Shown: one piece after another, positions 25,198 through 37,689 of the stretch | Numbering within the stretch: the stretch's first letter is position 1 | Layout of the letters: every line of letters starts with the position of its first letter | From: Lama guanicoe | Lineage: Eukaryota | Reading direction: 5' to 3' | NCBI GenBank assembly: GCA_013239625.1 | Contig: MU054391.1 | Location: forward strand, 7,473,095-7,537,094 | DNA length: 64,000 nt | Made by a program: the position numbers and the translations under genes | Notes under the pieces: model-generated | Told to the model about the DNA's origin: nothing | The model's input: only the letters and a program-made list of their open reading frames with translations | Databases searched by the model: none

Positions 25198-27204
25198 ATA
25201 ATGCTTTTTGCAAAAGAAAATTTGAGTGCTTGCTTACCTCCCCAGATTTCTTCTTTCACACTGTTTTTAGCCTCTGTGGATTCTTTACTTTCTTGCCAAC
25301 TTCGTGATTACTTTAAAAACTGTTTTAAACTTCATTTTCATCAGTGTGAGTTGCTTTTGCATGAGGACATTCATGGTATCTAATCCATCCTATTGCAAGA
25401 AATATGAGAAGTTTTTAAAGATCACATAATATACTGAGTCATGCCATTGTATGACAAATGTAATCTCTAAATAGCTGAGTTACATTATTGTCCTTTGTCT
25501 AATGTGAGGCATGGTCAGTCCATTGTGCTGGGTCCTGGGATATTCAAGGAACAAGGGCATATACAACTGTCAGACCACAGAGGATATGAATACAGAGCAG
25601 AACAATATATAATCCCAAGATAGAAAAGATGGTGCTACTAAATGCTCTGATGATAAGAGAGAACTAAGTTGCTGAGCTGATCTGCAGGGCAGAGGCTCAT
25701 GCAGAGGCAGCAGGTGCATGTGCAGAGGACCATGGGAAGCCTCTCGAGTCAGAAGACTCGATTTACACCCAGCCACCGACTGCATGTGACATCTTGGCTA
25801 AGGCGATTAACTCTTGTGAGCCTTGGTTGTCTTCTTAACAAAGGTGATATGAGTCATATACACAAGAGCTCGTCAATATAATACTTTACAATTTGTGCTA
25901 TCGCCAGTTACTTCCGCATACCAGGTATGACCAACTTTACTCACATGGGATTTAAATAAGATCTTTCAAAAAACGTTTTTAATTAAAATCTGTTCATGAT
26001 CTCATGTGCCACATGAGGGAGTCAAACACTTCCCTCTTGAGAATTCTTTCTTTCCTAAATTTGCCAAGAAACTTAGGGACTTACTCAGCCAGGAGAGATT
26101 AGTCACTCTTGTCTCTAACTGCCATGCAGCAAGAAAACCGAAGAAACAGAATGCTCCTCAATTTTGGGGTAGCCACAACTTCTGCTTGGGCCACTGTGTC
26201 ACTGTATAAACCTGTCCTCTTGCATCGTCCAGTGCATCTGTGTCTGCTATTGTGATGTCTAGGCTGCCACTGTAGCTACTGATGGTCTTCAGGGGAAGAA
26301 TAAACTCCTCCCTCAGCGTCAGTCTCCGCCAAGTGCACGCCACGCTTGGAGTCCGAGACGAGTAGATTCTGCTCACGACCTCGGTCATTGTGGCTGCCCA
26401 CACAGTGCCCTGTCAGCTGCAGTGGTGACAGCAGTGCAGTGCAGCCTGCCACTCTGTCATGACCCACTATCACCCTCTTGCCTTCCTTCACCTGGTTTTT
26501 GAAAGTCATTTCAGATCACACACTTTTCACTCATGTTCCACCTGCCCAGCAGTTCAGCTGCATGTTACATATCTAGTCAATATCAGGGGTGGGATGGTGA
26601 TAAAAAGAGGCAGATGGTGTGATTGTAATTACTTGGGCCATTTCTCTAGTTTCTGGCAGAATGCTCAATTAAGCTACCAAGGGACATTGACAGATGACCA
26701 GATCTGAGAATCCCTTGGGGAAATCCCCTCTGAAGGTAGAGCCTGAGACCCGTGACACTATCACTTCCTGCTTACAAGGAGAGTGAGGGTCGGCAGACCT
26801 TGACAATGCCCTCAATTACAGGAAGTCAAGGTCAGTAGAGGGGTTGCATTTTAAGATGGATTGGTGCACATGTAATATCTTCATCAGTGCCATTTAAAGC
26901 CTTTTAACTTAGAAATCATGCTGGCTTGATTTTTAATATTCCTATAAAATTAGAAAAAATTTATTTTTCATTGTCCTCCCGATTTTTTAAAAAAAGATAT
27001 GTTGGCTGTAGATTCACAATTTCTACCCAGAGTGAATTAATGAAAGGGATGAGAACATCTCCATCCCCTTACCTCTTTCCTGTACCTTGGCCCTAGAAAT
27101 CATGGGGAAAATGTTCTCTGTCTTCTGCCCGTATCACCAGATGATCCATGCCAACTCTTTGCATAATAGAGGAAAACTATTTTTAGCAGACAGAAAGCAG
27201 CAGT

Positions 27205-28945
27205 TCTTGGCACATTAGGACAGATAATTGCTATGAAAACAACCCCAACAGTTTAACATAGTAAAACCATGTATCCCTTACACCACATTGAAGGGCAGAA
27301 GGCACTGGGACCCAGGAAGTTTTAGCTTCTCCCCTTTCTAGACTCATAGAGTTTGCCTAGTTCAGGCTGTTAATGGAGAAAGAGAGAAAGTTGGAACAGA
27401 GAGGTTATTTCATGGGTCTCTTTCTGAAAAAGGCCACATGCCACTTCTAATATTCCACTGCCATCACTTATCTTTATTGTCGCATCTAAGTGCAAGGGAA
27501 GGTAGGATATGTAGCCTTGGTCTATGGTCACAAAGGGGAGGAGGACATGGCTATTGACAAGCTCTGAAAGTCTGCCAGTGTTCACTCCTTTGGTCACCAA
27601 ATACCCATTTCATTTGTCTTCACACTCACCTCTCTTGACATGAGCAACATAAATCCCATCCAGTCACTATATCCCACTCCAAGTCCAAGATTTCTAGGTA
27701 GCACAGTTCTTTTCTTCAGGGGCCACTGTGGCATCTTGTGGTTTGGCAACCTCTGAACTAAAGAAAAGTCACCTGTCCAGCTCATACCCAAAATAAAATA
27801 GCTGGTCGAGAGCAAGTTGCAAAAACAGTTGCTTGTAAAGAGGAAAAAATATGAGACACACATCCATCAACGACCCACAGCAATTCTGAAACCCCACTGG
27901 ATGAGCCCTCTGAAGTTGTCCTACCAGGCAAACAGGAAGTCCCCTTGGTAGAACCTGATTCTGCTCCCTGGGGGAACCACCTTGTCCTTTGCTCACCTGG
28001 CATTTTGATCTGCCTGGGGGAGTTTCTTCCTTAACTGTTTTTTTCGTTTATGGCCATGAATGAGGTGGTGTTGAATATTTTTTCCCTGGAGTCTGCTCAG
28101 TTTTCATAGCTCTCTTCCTGCGTGCAACATGGGGGCTTGAAGTTGTCTGAACTCTCAAATGGTCAAAGGCATTGATTTATTGGTAGGCAACTCAACTTTT
28201 TCTTTATAGTTATTTCCTTAGTTTAATAGCCACAGATGAAGCTAGCTTTTAGACATATTTTTCAAATATACATTTCTTTACTTTTGGGTCCACAAACTTC
28301 TTTCTGTAAACTTGGTAGACCCCCTTGAATCTATCTGGGATAATGAGCTGGAGTGGAAACCACACTTTTAATCTGATTTTTGACATAGAGCTGCATTCTA
28401 ATAGATGTTTGTCATTCAAAACATTTCTCATACTTTTTCTTACTGATTTGAGTCTAGAAGACTAGTTTTTACCAACCTTTAAATTCTAAAACATTTCTAT
28501 CTCATTCCATTCTCTTTCAAATCAGACAGTTTCCACCCAAACTCAAGGTTTGTTTTTTTTTTTCCCCAATCCCTTGCTAAGTGCAGTTAGCAATACCCAA
28601 TATACAACACTGGCTTGTTTTATGTTCCCTTCCTCTGGAGCTATAAGTCCAGGGGCCATTTTTTCTGCCTTCCACATTACCAATGGAAGCAATTTTGTAA
28701 AATGTTCTTATCCCCAAATAAAAAGTCTCTTCAATTTTCTGATATTGGTTTTCTTGCTGCCTACTGCTTGATTGCTAAGTCAATGCCACATACTTCAGTT
28801 TTTGCTACAAAGCCAATTTCTCTATTACTCAGGGTAAGCCAACTTCTGTAACAAACAAGACTCAATATCTACAGTTTTGTACAGGAAAAGTTCATGTCTC
28901 TCTGGAGCTACAGTCTAATGAGGTTGTCTTGGTTGAGAGACTCTA
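27205..28945 (-). mobile_element. MLT1 (J/K/L-like) MaLR element: 3' LTR, internal region and partial 5' LTR
   Basis: LTR at ~27205-27580 (ctaagtgcaagggaaggtaggatatgtag). MLT-int motifs aaatcccatccagtcact...ccaagtccaagatt and cagcaattctgaaacc. Internal/LTR junction aatgccacata...ccaatttc|tctattactcagg at ~28820. Confidence 0.7.
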
Positions 28946-29132
28946 TACTAATGATAATTAATTAATAGAGAATTTGATTAACATGAAATAATGGAAGAAT
29001 TAAATGTTTGATTTTAATCATTTAGGTCATTCAGTTTTTGTCTCTGTGTGAAAAAGAGAAAGTCAAGAGAGCTCTGAATTTGGTAGACCATCAACATAGT
29101 TGGTGCTCACAAGATGCTTAGCCAATAACCAA

Positions 29133-29310
29133 CTCTGCTTAATAGAACTTTCCACATTGGAAGTCACTTTCTACATCTGTACTGTGCCATATGGTAGCCA
29201 CTGGCCCATGTCACTAACATTTGAAATGTGCCTAGTATGACTGAAGAATTTAATTTTCAATTTTACTTGACTTACACTAAATTTAAGCAGCCACAGTGTT
29301 GGAGGGACAG
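29133..29310 (+). mobile_element. MER3 (hAT-Charlie) MITE
   Basis: aatagaactttcc...atatggtagccactggcccatgt...atttgaaatgtgcctagtatgactgaagaa. Confidence 0.8.
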
Positions 29311-31989
29311 ACCATCAATCCAAAATTTTCAGGGGCAAGGAGACAGTCCTCTTCTGCCTGAAAACTTTTCTTAAAATTTTCGTAGAAGGGAGGTTGGGGA
29401 ATCGGGTGACAAGGGCTGCCTCCTCCCTGATGCTAACTTTAGATATAAGAAAAAATCACTCTCTTCCTAGAATATACTTCAGTATGCAGAATAGGTCTAT
29501 TAAAGACAACCAGTTAACACAAACACTTCATGTAACTGCATGAATTGGTACATACTTGTTCAAGTGTGTTGGATTTGATTTGTTCTACTTTTTCTCTAAA
29601 ATAAAGCCACCTAGGAGTCAGGAGGACTTCTTACATTTTAACTGAGTGATACCTTCATGTCTTACTCTTGATTTGTAGTTCTACCCAAACTGCTGTGAAA
29701 TACGCAAAGAATATCCTGCAAGAAAAAACACAGTGCACCAAAACCTCAATATAGTTTGGCTTCATAAAAGGTCATTGGGCTGTGCTATGGCTGCCCTTTG
29801 ATTATACTGGGATTTTCCATAGTCTGGCAGAAATCCAGGATCATTAGTCCAAAAAAAAAAAAAACCTTCAAGAATGTGGAAATATCTGTTGAGGAGTGAA
29901 ACATCCGCTCTTTTAAGAGGTGGAAAAAGGATATTTCACTGAGTATGGTTCCTGAACAATCCTACGCTCAAGTAATTTCCTCGAGCTTTTCAAAAATGTT
30001 ATCTGTTTGGCATAATAGAGATAGTAAATCATGTGCTTCATAGCAATTCACCTAGCAGCAATAAGAATGAGAAACTTGCAGCTCTTCCTCCCACAACCCC
30101 CACCCCCCCCCACTTAGTAGACTAGTTATAAGTTCCAAAATACAAAGGGATATTTTTAGAATTAGATCTGTAAGCACACTGTACCCAAGATGGAATTTGA
30201 GTGAACTCCAATACAGAAAAGTCATTTTACAATCTGGAGCCATATCACATGGGGAATGTGTTAAATAATACTTTTCTTTCCAGAATGATAGTACCTTGTA
30301 TAATGAATTTCTTACTGCAACTTCATTTAAAAAAAAAATATATATATATTTATATATATATCTCTTCAGCTGCAACTAACAAGTTTGAACTGTGGTCAGG
30401 TAAAGATCACATTTCTGTGGTAGGTTTCAATTTCCTATGACTTTTGCTCTAATAAACTCTTCAATTAGCACCTCTCCCATTCTGCCCTGTGCCTGCACCA
30501 CCACAGTATTTCTAGAAGTTCAATTACTTGCAGAGGCCCAATATCCTGAAGATGGCCCCATGATAGTTACTTCGAGTTTTGCTGCTCATAATCGGCTTAA
30601 GGGCTCTCTGAATGGGCTCATGAAGCGTTTTAGGGTTGTATGACTATTCAGTGAGATAATCCACATAAAGCACAGAGCTTTGAACATAGCGACAAGCCCT
30701 TAAAGGGTAGCACTTCTGTCTTCACTTTTGCCGTAGTCATCAGAGTTCAATGCGCATGTGTAGTTGAAAAATGGCAGAGTCAGGGTTCTCCGTGTCCCAC
30801 GTCTGCACACGCCCAGAGTGTGTACTTTCCTTGCCTTCATGCTTCATCTTTTTGTGGTCTCTGCTGAAACAAACTTCAGCCAATAGCTTAACAATAACTG
30901 TTTTACTTCGAGTGTTTTCTTCTTTCCCTAAGTACTTTTTTATTGTTTTGAGATCCTGGGGCTCTGTCTTCAATAAACATTTTTCAGATAAGAAGAGGAC
31001 GAATACGTTCAATAACACAGAAAACCTAAGAGGAAAAGTTACCACATTGATTCTGGAAACCAATTTCACTCAAAGTTGAAGTCGAAGTACCTATAAACTA
31101 GATCTGCTTATATCTTTGACGTCTGCACCCAGTCAGAAGAATATTGGTGAAGTGAGTCACAGTTGCAGAAGGTGGAACCTACAAGGGAAGAAGAAACATG
31201 AAGGAAACATGTGGAAGGAAGTGTCCCTTACCCCACAGCCCCGCCCGACATTGTGCGTCTTTGAAATGTTTAGAGTTTAAGTAGAATATACTTAATTATT
31301 CCTTTTCTTTTAATTCATAGAATTTTGAGGTAGAATTTTAAGTATCTGGAAGGCAACCCGTGGCTGGGTCCTAGTCCAGCTCTACCACTTATTTGTTCTA
31401 TTTGGGATTTGTCACTTCTCACTTCTGTAAATCTCAGCTCCTGAATTTGAGATGATGAAGCACCAAGGCATATCTGGAAGATCGATTAAATGAATCTTCT
31501 GCGAAAACAATTTTCAAATGCAATGCTAAAGTATTTTTTCCCACAACACACCATAAAATAATCCACAATTGTGATTTGTAAGATGATACCTAAAGAGAAG
31601 GACAGGTTGAATCTGTTTGTCGTATTTGCTTTTAGTGCAGAAAGGATACCGTTCATGGAATGGCTGAGATGGGTGACTGTGAGTTCACCATGCTCGTGAA
31701 TGCGTGCCCTTATGCCCAACATGACTCCTCATGAGGAGTCAGCATGACTCCTTGGAGCTCCCCAGATTCCAGAAGCCAGAGGGTCAGAGCACTTGTTTTA
31801 CTCCATTGTTGGGCAAGGTGACGATATAAACTCCTTATAGCTCCTATGAGTTGAATCTATTGATACCTTTGGAAACCTTTGGAGTTGGTACCCTTGAATT
31901 CTTGCAGACGTGCCCAAGTGTATATTCACTCAGAAGCTTATTAAAAATTAAGGAAGGAACATTCATATTTTAAAAAGAAATAAAAATTT

Positions 31990-32420
31990 GTACCAAATTT
32001 ATGACAAATTGTAAAAAAGTCAAAAGAGGAGTGATAGGGACGTATTTGCAACATAGCTGACAGAAAAATATTTTAATACATGCAGAGCTTATACAAGCTC
32101 ATAAAAGAGACAAACAAATAGAAATTTAGCCAAATTATTGAAACTAATAATTTATAGAAGAGAAAACAAAATGGTTAATAAACATATAACATGGTATTCA
32201 TTCTCCCTAGTAGTCAGATAAATACAAACTAAAGAAATAGTATGATATTCTTCAATACTCACACTGACAAAAATATATAAAGGATGCATAGGGCTGAGCA
32301 CTCTTAGATTAGTAAGAGTGTGAATTGCTATACCCTCTCTAAAAATTAATCTAGAACTATCTACTAAAATTAAAATTACAAAAACACTTTTCCCTAGTAA
32401 TCCCAGTTTGGGAGTTTAAT
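31990..32420 (+). mobile_element. L1ME-type ORF2 3' fragment
   Basis: gtatttgcaacata...aaaatggttaataaacatat...ctagtagtcagataaatacaaactaaa. Confidence 0.65.
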
Positions 32421-34719
32421 AGCAGCTAAACGGAAGAGTGAAATTGAAGTTAATAGCAAGTTTATTATAAACTTTCTGTATTTTTGCATTTTGTTGCTTG
32501 ATTACTTGATAAAATGAGCAAGGAATGCTCATGTGATTTAAGTACATGTATCAAATTTTAGGACAAATTTAGGTGGCTTCAATGGAAGTTCAGAAAGTTT
32601 AGAATAAGGTAAATTATGGTCTTCTCCATTCTCTGGTGGACAGACTGCATGTGGTGTCATTTGCCTACTCTAAATGTTGGAGGATGACATGATTATCCAC
32701 AAATTGAAGAAATTCCAGAAAAGGGAAAACAGAATGATGAAAGACTGGAAGTCATATCTCATCTGCAAAGATTTAATGACCTGAATGATCTAAATTAACA
32801 GCTTCCTGTCCTTTGCTCTTCAACCCTCTGCAAATAGACCTTGCAAGTCCATGACCTATTTATCAAATCCAAGAGTTTTTTTTTTTTTGATTTGAGCTGT
32901 TACAGAGATTGCGTAAAATACACAAAGACTTTAAAATGGTATCTGGTGTGCAGAAAATTCTTAATAAATATCATCGTTATTGTGGAGTCTTTGGCCCCGG
33001 TAAAAACACTTCTCTTTCCCCACTTTAGTTCTAAGTCAAAGGACAAATAAGACAAAGAATTGTCAGATGGAGACCGGATTATCACCATTACCACCAGGAT
33101 GGAAAGCATGCTTCCTGATTTTAATGCCAAAATTAGTGAGACTCATCTTCCTTCAAAACAAGGAGCAAAAGACCATTTATTATGTCAAGAGCTGGATTCC
33201 AACAACAAAGATACATTTGTGTCTCTGAATCTTCTTGCTCCCAAGAGAAGGAGGAAAGAAAAGGATATGAATGTTTCACTCTTCAAACGCATCAGTCTGA
33301 TAACTCGCTACCTTCTCCTGGGGCAATGTAGAAGAACTGAGGTGGAAGAATGAAGTTCTCTCCATGTGGAGATAGCATCTAGAATGGGGAAGAGTCATCT
33401 CTCCAAACATTTCGTATGATTAGTACAGTGACTGTATTCTCTGATCTCAGTTTACACTTAGACTAGATCTGTATTTTCCATTTATGCTTAACAACGTGGT
33501 TCTGTGATCTGTTTAAAGACAAAAAGATAATTTTCAAAAGGAAAACATTTTTATTTTCTATGCACACGTGTGCAGTACAGTAAACACTAGAGACTTGATT
33601 GCAAGGAAATAAAGAGCTCCAAAACAGCTTATAATTCCTCCATATGACTAAACAACTACTGAATTAGGAAAAAAAAATAAAAGAAATACCCTAAATCAAT
33701 AAAAAATTAACCAAGATAATTATTTTAAATTATATTAAAATAAATTGAATAACAATGGCTCTCATTCAGTATGGCCAAATAGGAAAAATAAGTTAATTAT
33801 TTGTTTCAAGTGCAATAGACAATAATTATTGTTTTGGATAAGTTTTAAAACATTTTCTATTCGTTTTTAAAAGTCACAGTGCACAGATTTGCTTTCCTAA
33901 GCCAAAGTAATTTCCAAGTCAAATTTTGGAGTGTCTCCATTGTCCTTTCTTCATTAATTTCAGGCAATTATCGAAATTCATTCAAAAATCTTCACCTGTG
34001 GTTCAAGGTCACCAACTACAAAAGTAAAATTAATGTTGCTTTTGTGCTCAGCAATTCGTAAGAAAATACTGTTCGCTTCATGTTTTAAAATAGATACAAA
34101 TCATTTCATGTTTTAAAGTCGGTTCAACTTAGCACAAATTACAGAGTGTAAAATTAGCATTTTTCTATACATGGATGATTAAAGGAAAAAATTTAAAGGA
34201 AGTATATTTAGGGAAAGAATTTTAAGACTGCCATTCCTAAAGAGGTTGAGTGGTGACAACGTAAGGTAGAGGGAAGAGTGAGCCTCTTGCCAGGTACCTC
34301 TCGCAGCTTTTGGCAATCCCAGAAATACTTTATTGCAGGCATTTATGCAGCTTATGACTTAAATCAAGTGAAACCCATCCTGTTTTCCTGATGTCGGCTA
34401 ACTGCCCTAGAACTTAGTGAGGAGCTACCAACATGGGCATAAGGGCAGTCAAAAGTGTCAAAAATGGTGTGGCATTGACCACCATTAACTGTCCATCCAT
34501 GTTGGATAGTGGCAAACCATCCCACATCAGCCATAAACCCTCTCTTAAAGGAATACATGTGGGAACAAAGAGAAAGAGGCTCCCTCTCTTTTTATAAATT
34601 CATTTTCTGAGTAGAGCCTCCTCTATGAGGCCTCCTGGTTTGGGGGTGACCATCACTCTTCAGGGGACTATTTCTATCCTAGCTCCTTATTTTCCTTAAT
34701 TCTGGCAATCAAGTCATTA

Positions 34720-35230
34720 CCAAAGTGAATTTAGGGTTCTTGCGGCTTCGTATCTTAAAATAATCTGACATACTCATAGTACTAAACTCAAAAGACAATT
34801 CCAGTACTTTTCTCATGTGATCTTTCAACAACATTTGGCAGAGTTGGTGATCCCCTTCTTGACAATCTTTCTTTTCTTGGCAAGTGATTTTCCACACCAT
34901 AGTACTTTTCCCCCTACCCATGCTCTTCTTAAAGAAACCCATCCATGCCCAGGGTTGAAACTACCATGTTTGTGTAGGTGATGTCTGAATAAATGTTCCC
35001 AGTTTCTCAGCGCTAGACGACAATTCTAGTAGCCCATCACGGTGTCCCACAGGCTCTACCAGTTTAATACATGTTGGTCTGAACTCATCACTTTCTCTCC
35101 AAATCTGCATTTCCTCCTCTTTTCCTTAGCCAGTGATTGACCCTCGAATTCCTTCTCCATATTCTTTCCCTTTCCTCCATGTATTATTAGAAAGTCATGG
35201 CTATTGTCTTCCAAAGTTTCTCCAGGCTAT
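34720..35230 (+). mobile_element. L2 ORF2 (RT region) fragment
   Basis: gatctttcaacaacatttggcagagttgg...tccccttcttga; catccatgcccagggttgaaactacca; ctgaactcatca. Confidence 0.65.
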
Positions 35231-35654
35231 AAATGTAATTATCTGCAATTCTGAATGACTCATTTTCAAGAAGGATCTGTTTAGTTCAGCGATTAAAGTA
35301 TTTATATTCTTAATTAAAAATTAAAAATGGTTAATTCTATTATATAAAAATATATAAGGGATGTGCTCATGTACCAGCTTAAGAAATAGTTTAATTGGAG
35401 TCCTCTGTGGGTCCTGTCTTTAGGGCATTCCCTTCTCTCCCAGCCTCACACCAAATGCCATCACTCACCTGGATTACATGTTCTTTCATGAATTTCCATT
35501 AACTGTTATAAATATGTATACATATCTCTAAAAAAGTTGATATTATTTTGGGTATTTAAAAATTTTATAGGAATGATGTCATACCAATGTATTCTTTTGC
35601 AACTTGACTTTTTAATGCCCAGTTTTTCCTTTGTGAAATATACATATGGATATA

Positions 35655-35988
35655 CAGTAGCCCCCTCTTATTCACAGGGGATATATTGCCCCAGTGGATG
35701 TCTGAAAGCAGGGATAGTACCAAACCTTATAATATCATGTTTTTCTCTCCCATTCTAAGGGGTGATTGGTGTATACAGGGTGGATATGTTGAGTAAAGGG
35801 ATGATGAACGTCCTGGGCAGGAGGGACTGAAACAGCATAAGATTTCATTATGCTACTCAGAATAGCACACAATTTAAAATGTATGAATTGTTCATTTCTG
35901 GAATTTTCCATTTAATATTTTCAGATCATGGTTGAGTGTGGGTAAATGAAACTGCGGAAAGCAAAATGCTGGATAAGGGGGATTACCA
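35655..35988 (-). mobile_element. MER44A-like (TcMar-Tigger) MITE inserted in an old L1
   Basis: Terminal inverted repeats cagtagccccctcttat and ataagggggattacca, flanked by TA. Internal tttctggaattttccatttaatattttc. Confidence 0.85.
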
Positions 35989-36369
35989 TATACATAGTTC
36001 TTTGTGACATATATACATAAATAAATGTAGCAATATTGATTTTTATTCCTTTCCTTTCAGTTCTTGCTAGTATTCCATTACATAAAAATTCTTCAGTTTA
36101 TTTAACTATTTGTCTGTGGATGTGACATAGGTAATTTCTGATTTTTTTACTGTTAAAAATCAATGCGAATCTGAACAATCATATACCATATTTTGGTGCA
36201 TATGTATAATATGTGCCTAGAAGGGAAGAGTTGATCTAGGGTAGCACCTTCAAATGCATTAGTTAGTGCAGTTTTCTCTCTAACGTGTGCTCTCACCAGC
36301 AGAGTCTAACAGTTCTCTTGCTGTACGTCCTGGCCAAACATGGTATTTGTCACTATAATGCAGTGCAAC

Positions 36370-37170
36370 TAAATTTCCCTTTAAGCACTGTTTTTTCTGT
36401 GTAAATCTTGGTATGTTGTGTTTTCAATTTTGTTCCTTTCAAAGTATTTTCTAATTTTCCTTGTGATTTCTTCTGTAATCCATTGGTTATTTAAAATGTG
36501 TTGTTAATTTTCACGTATTTATGAATTTCCCAGATTTCCTTCTGTTACTGATTTCTAATTTCATTCCGTTGAGGTCAGAGAACATAATTGGCATGATTTC
36601 AATCCTTTTGAACTTACTGAGAATGGTTTTGTGGCCTAATGTATAGTCTATCGTGAGAAATGCTCCACGTTCACTTGAAAAGAATGTGTACTCTGCTGTT
36701 ATTGGGTAGATGTTTTTATGGACGTCTTTTGGGTGAACTTGGTTTACAGTGCTGTTCAAGTGTTCTGTTTTCTTATTGATCTTCAGTCTGGATTTTTTAA
36801 ATCAGTTATTGAAAATGTGGTATTGAAATCTCCAAGTATTTTTGTTGATTTGTCTATTTCTCCCTTCAACTGTATCCCTTTTGTGTTATGTGTTTAGAAG
36901 TTCTGTTGTTAGATGCATATGTAATTGTTATATTTTCCTGATTCTCTTATTATACAATATCCTTCTCTGTCTTTAGTAACAGTTTTAAGTTAAAGTCTAT
37001 TTATTTTTCAAAATGTAAATATACCTATTCTACCTTTTTTTCCATTACTGTTTGGTTACCTTTTTAATATTTTAAATTTCAATCTATTTGTGACTTTAAA
37101 TCTAAAGTTGTCTCCCATAGGTAGCAGATAGTTTGATTATTAAAAAAAAATTCTGCCATTCTCTGCCTTC
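36370..37170 (-). mobile_element. L1 ORF2 endonuclease-region fragment
   Basis: ORF 36511-36759 translates AEYTFFSS...IDYTLGHK...FSDLNGMKLEISNRRK, the C-terminus of the L1 endonuclease domain. Confidence 0.9.
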
Positions 37171-37242
37171 TTCTTTCCTTCTGTCCTTCCTTTCTTTCAT
37201 CTCTCTCTCTCTCTTTTTTTTTTTTTTAATATTTTAAACAGT

Positions 37243-37680
37243 AACAGTCTTGGTTGCCCACTCCAAAGACGACAAGAAAATGACTGGAGAACAAGTAGCT
37301 TATTTAAGAAGTGAATCTGGAGTAGTATTAGGGAAGAAACCAGGAGGGGAAGGCAGCCAATGACAAATACAGAATCAAACTAGTTTCCATTGTGAGGAGT
37401 GAGAGATTAATCTCATGGGAACTGCGGGAGTCAGGGCAGAAATGGAATCTCAGATTTATCCACTTATCCACTCAAGTGGTGAGAGAGCTGAAACGTTTAC
37501 ATACCAACTAGTATTACTCATTAGTTGAGGAGGTATTATTTCTCCTCTTCTGGATTGCTACTGGCAAGGTAAAGCCAGCTTCCACTGTTTGAAAAATTCC
37601 TTACGCAGTTGGCAGTCAGAGTGTTTGTGTCTTAACGTTTATACCTGAGGGGATGTGGGCAATACTCTCACCCTGTCTAT
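37243..37680 (-). mobile_element. ERVL LTR33-like solo LTR
   Basis: caagtagcttattt...gggaaggcagccaat...gagagagctgaaacgtttacataccaact...tcattagttgagg. Confidence 0.65.
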
Positions 37681-37689
37681 TCCATTGTC

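Noticed and set aside
36511..36759. Endonuclease-like ORF
   Set aside because: A decayed L1 endonuclease fragment with the catalytic-region His residues substituted (IDY, SDL); not a host gene.
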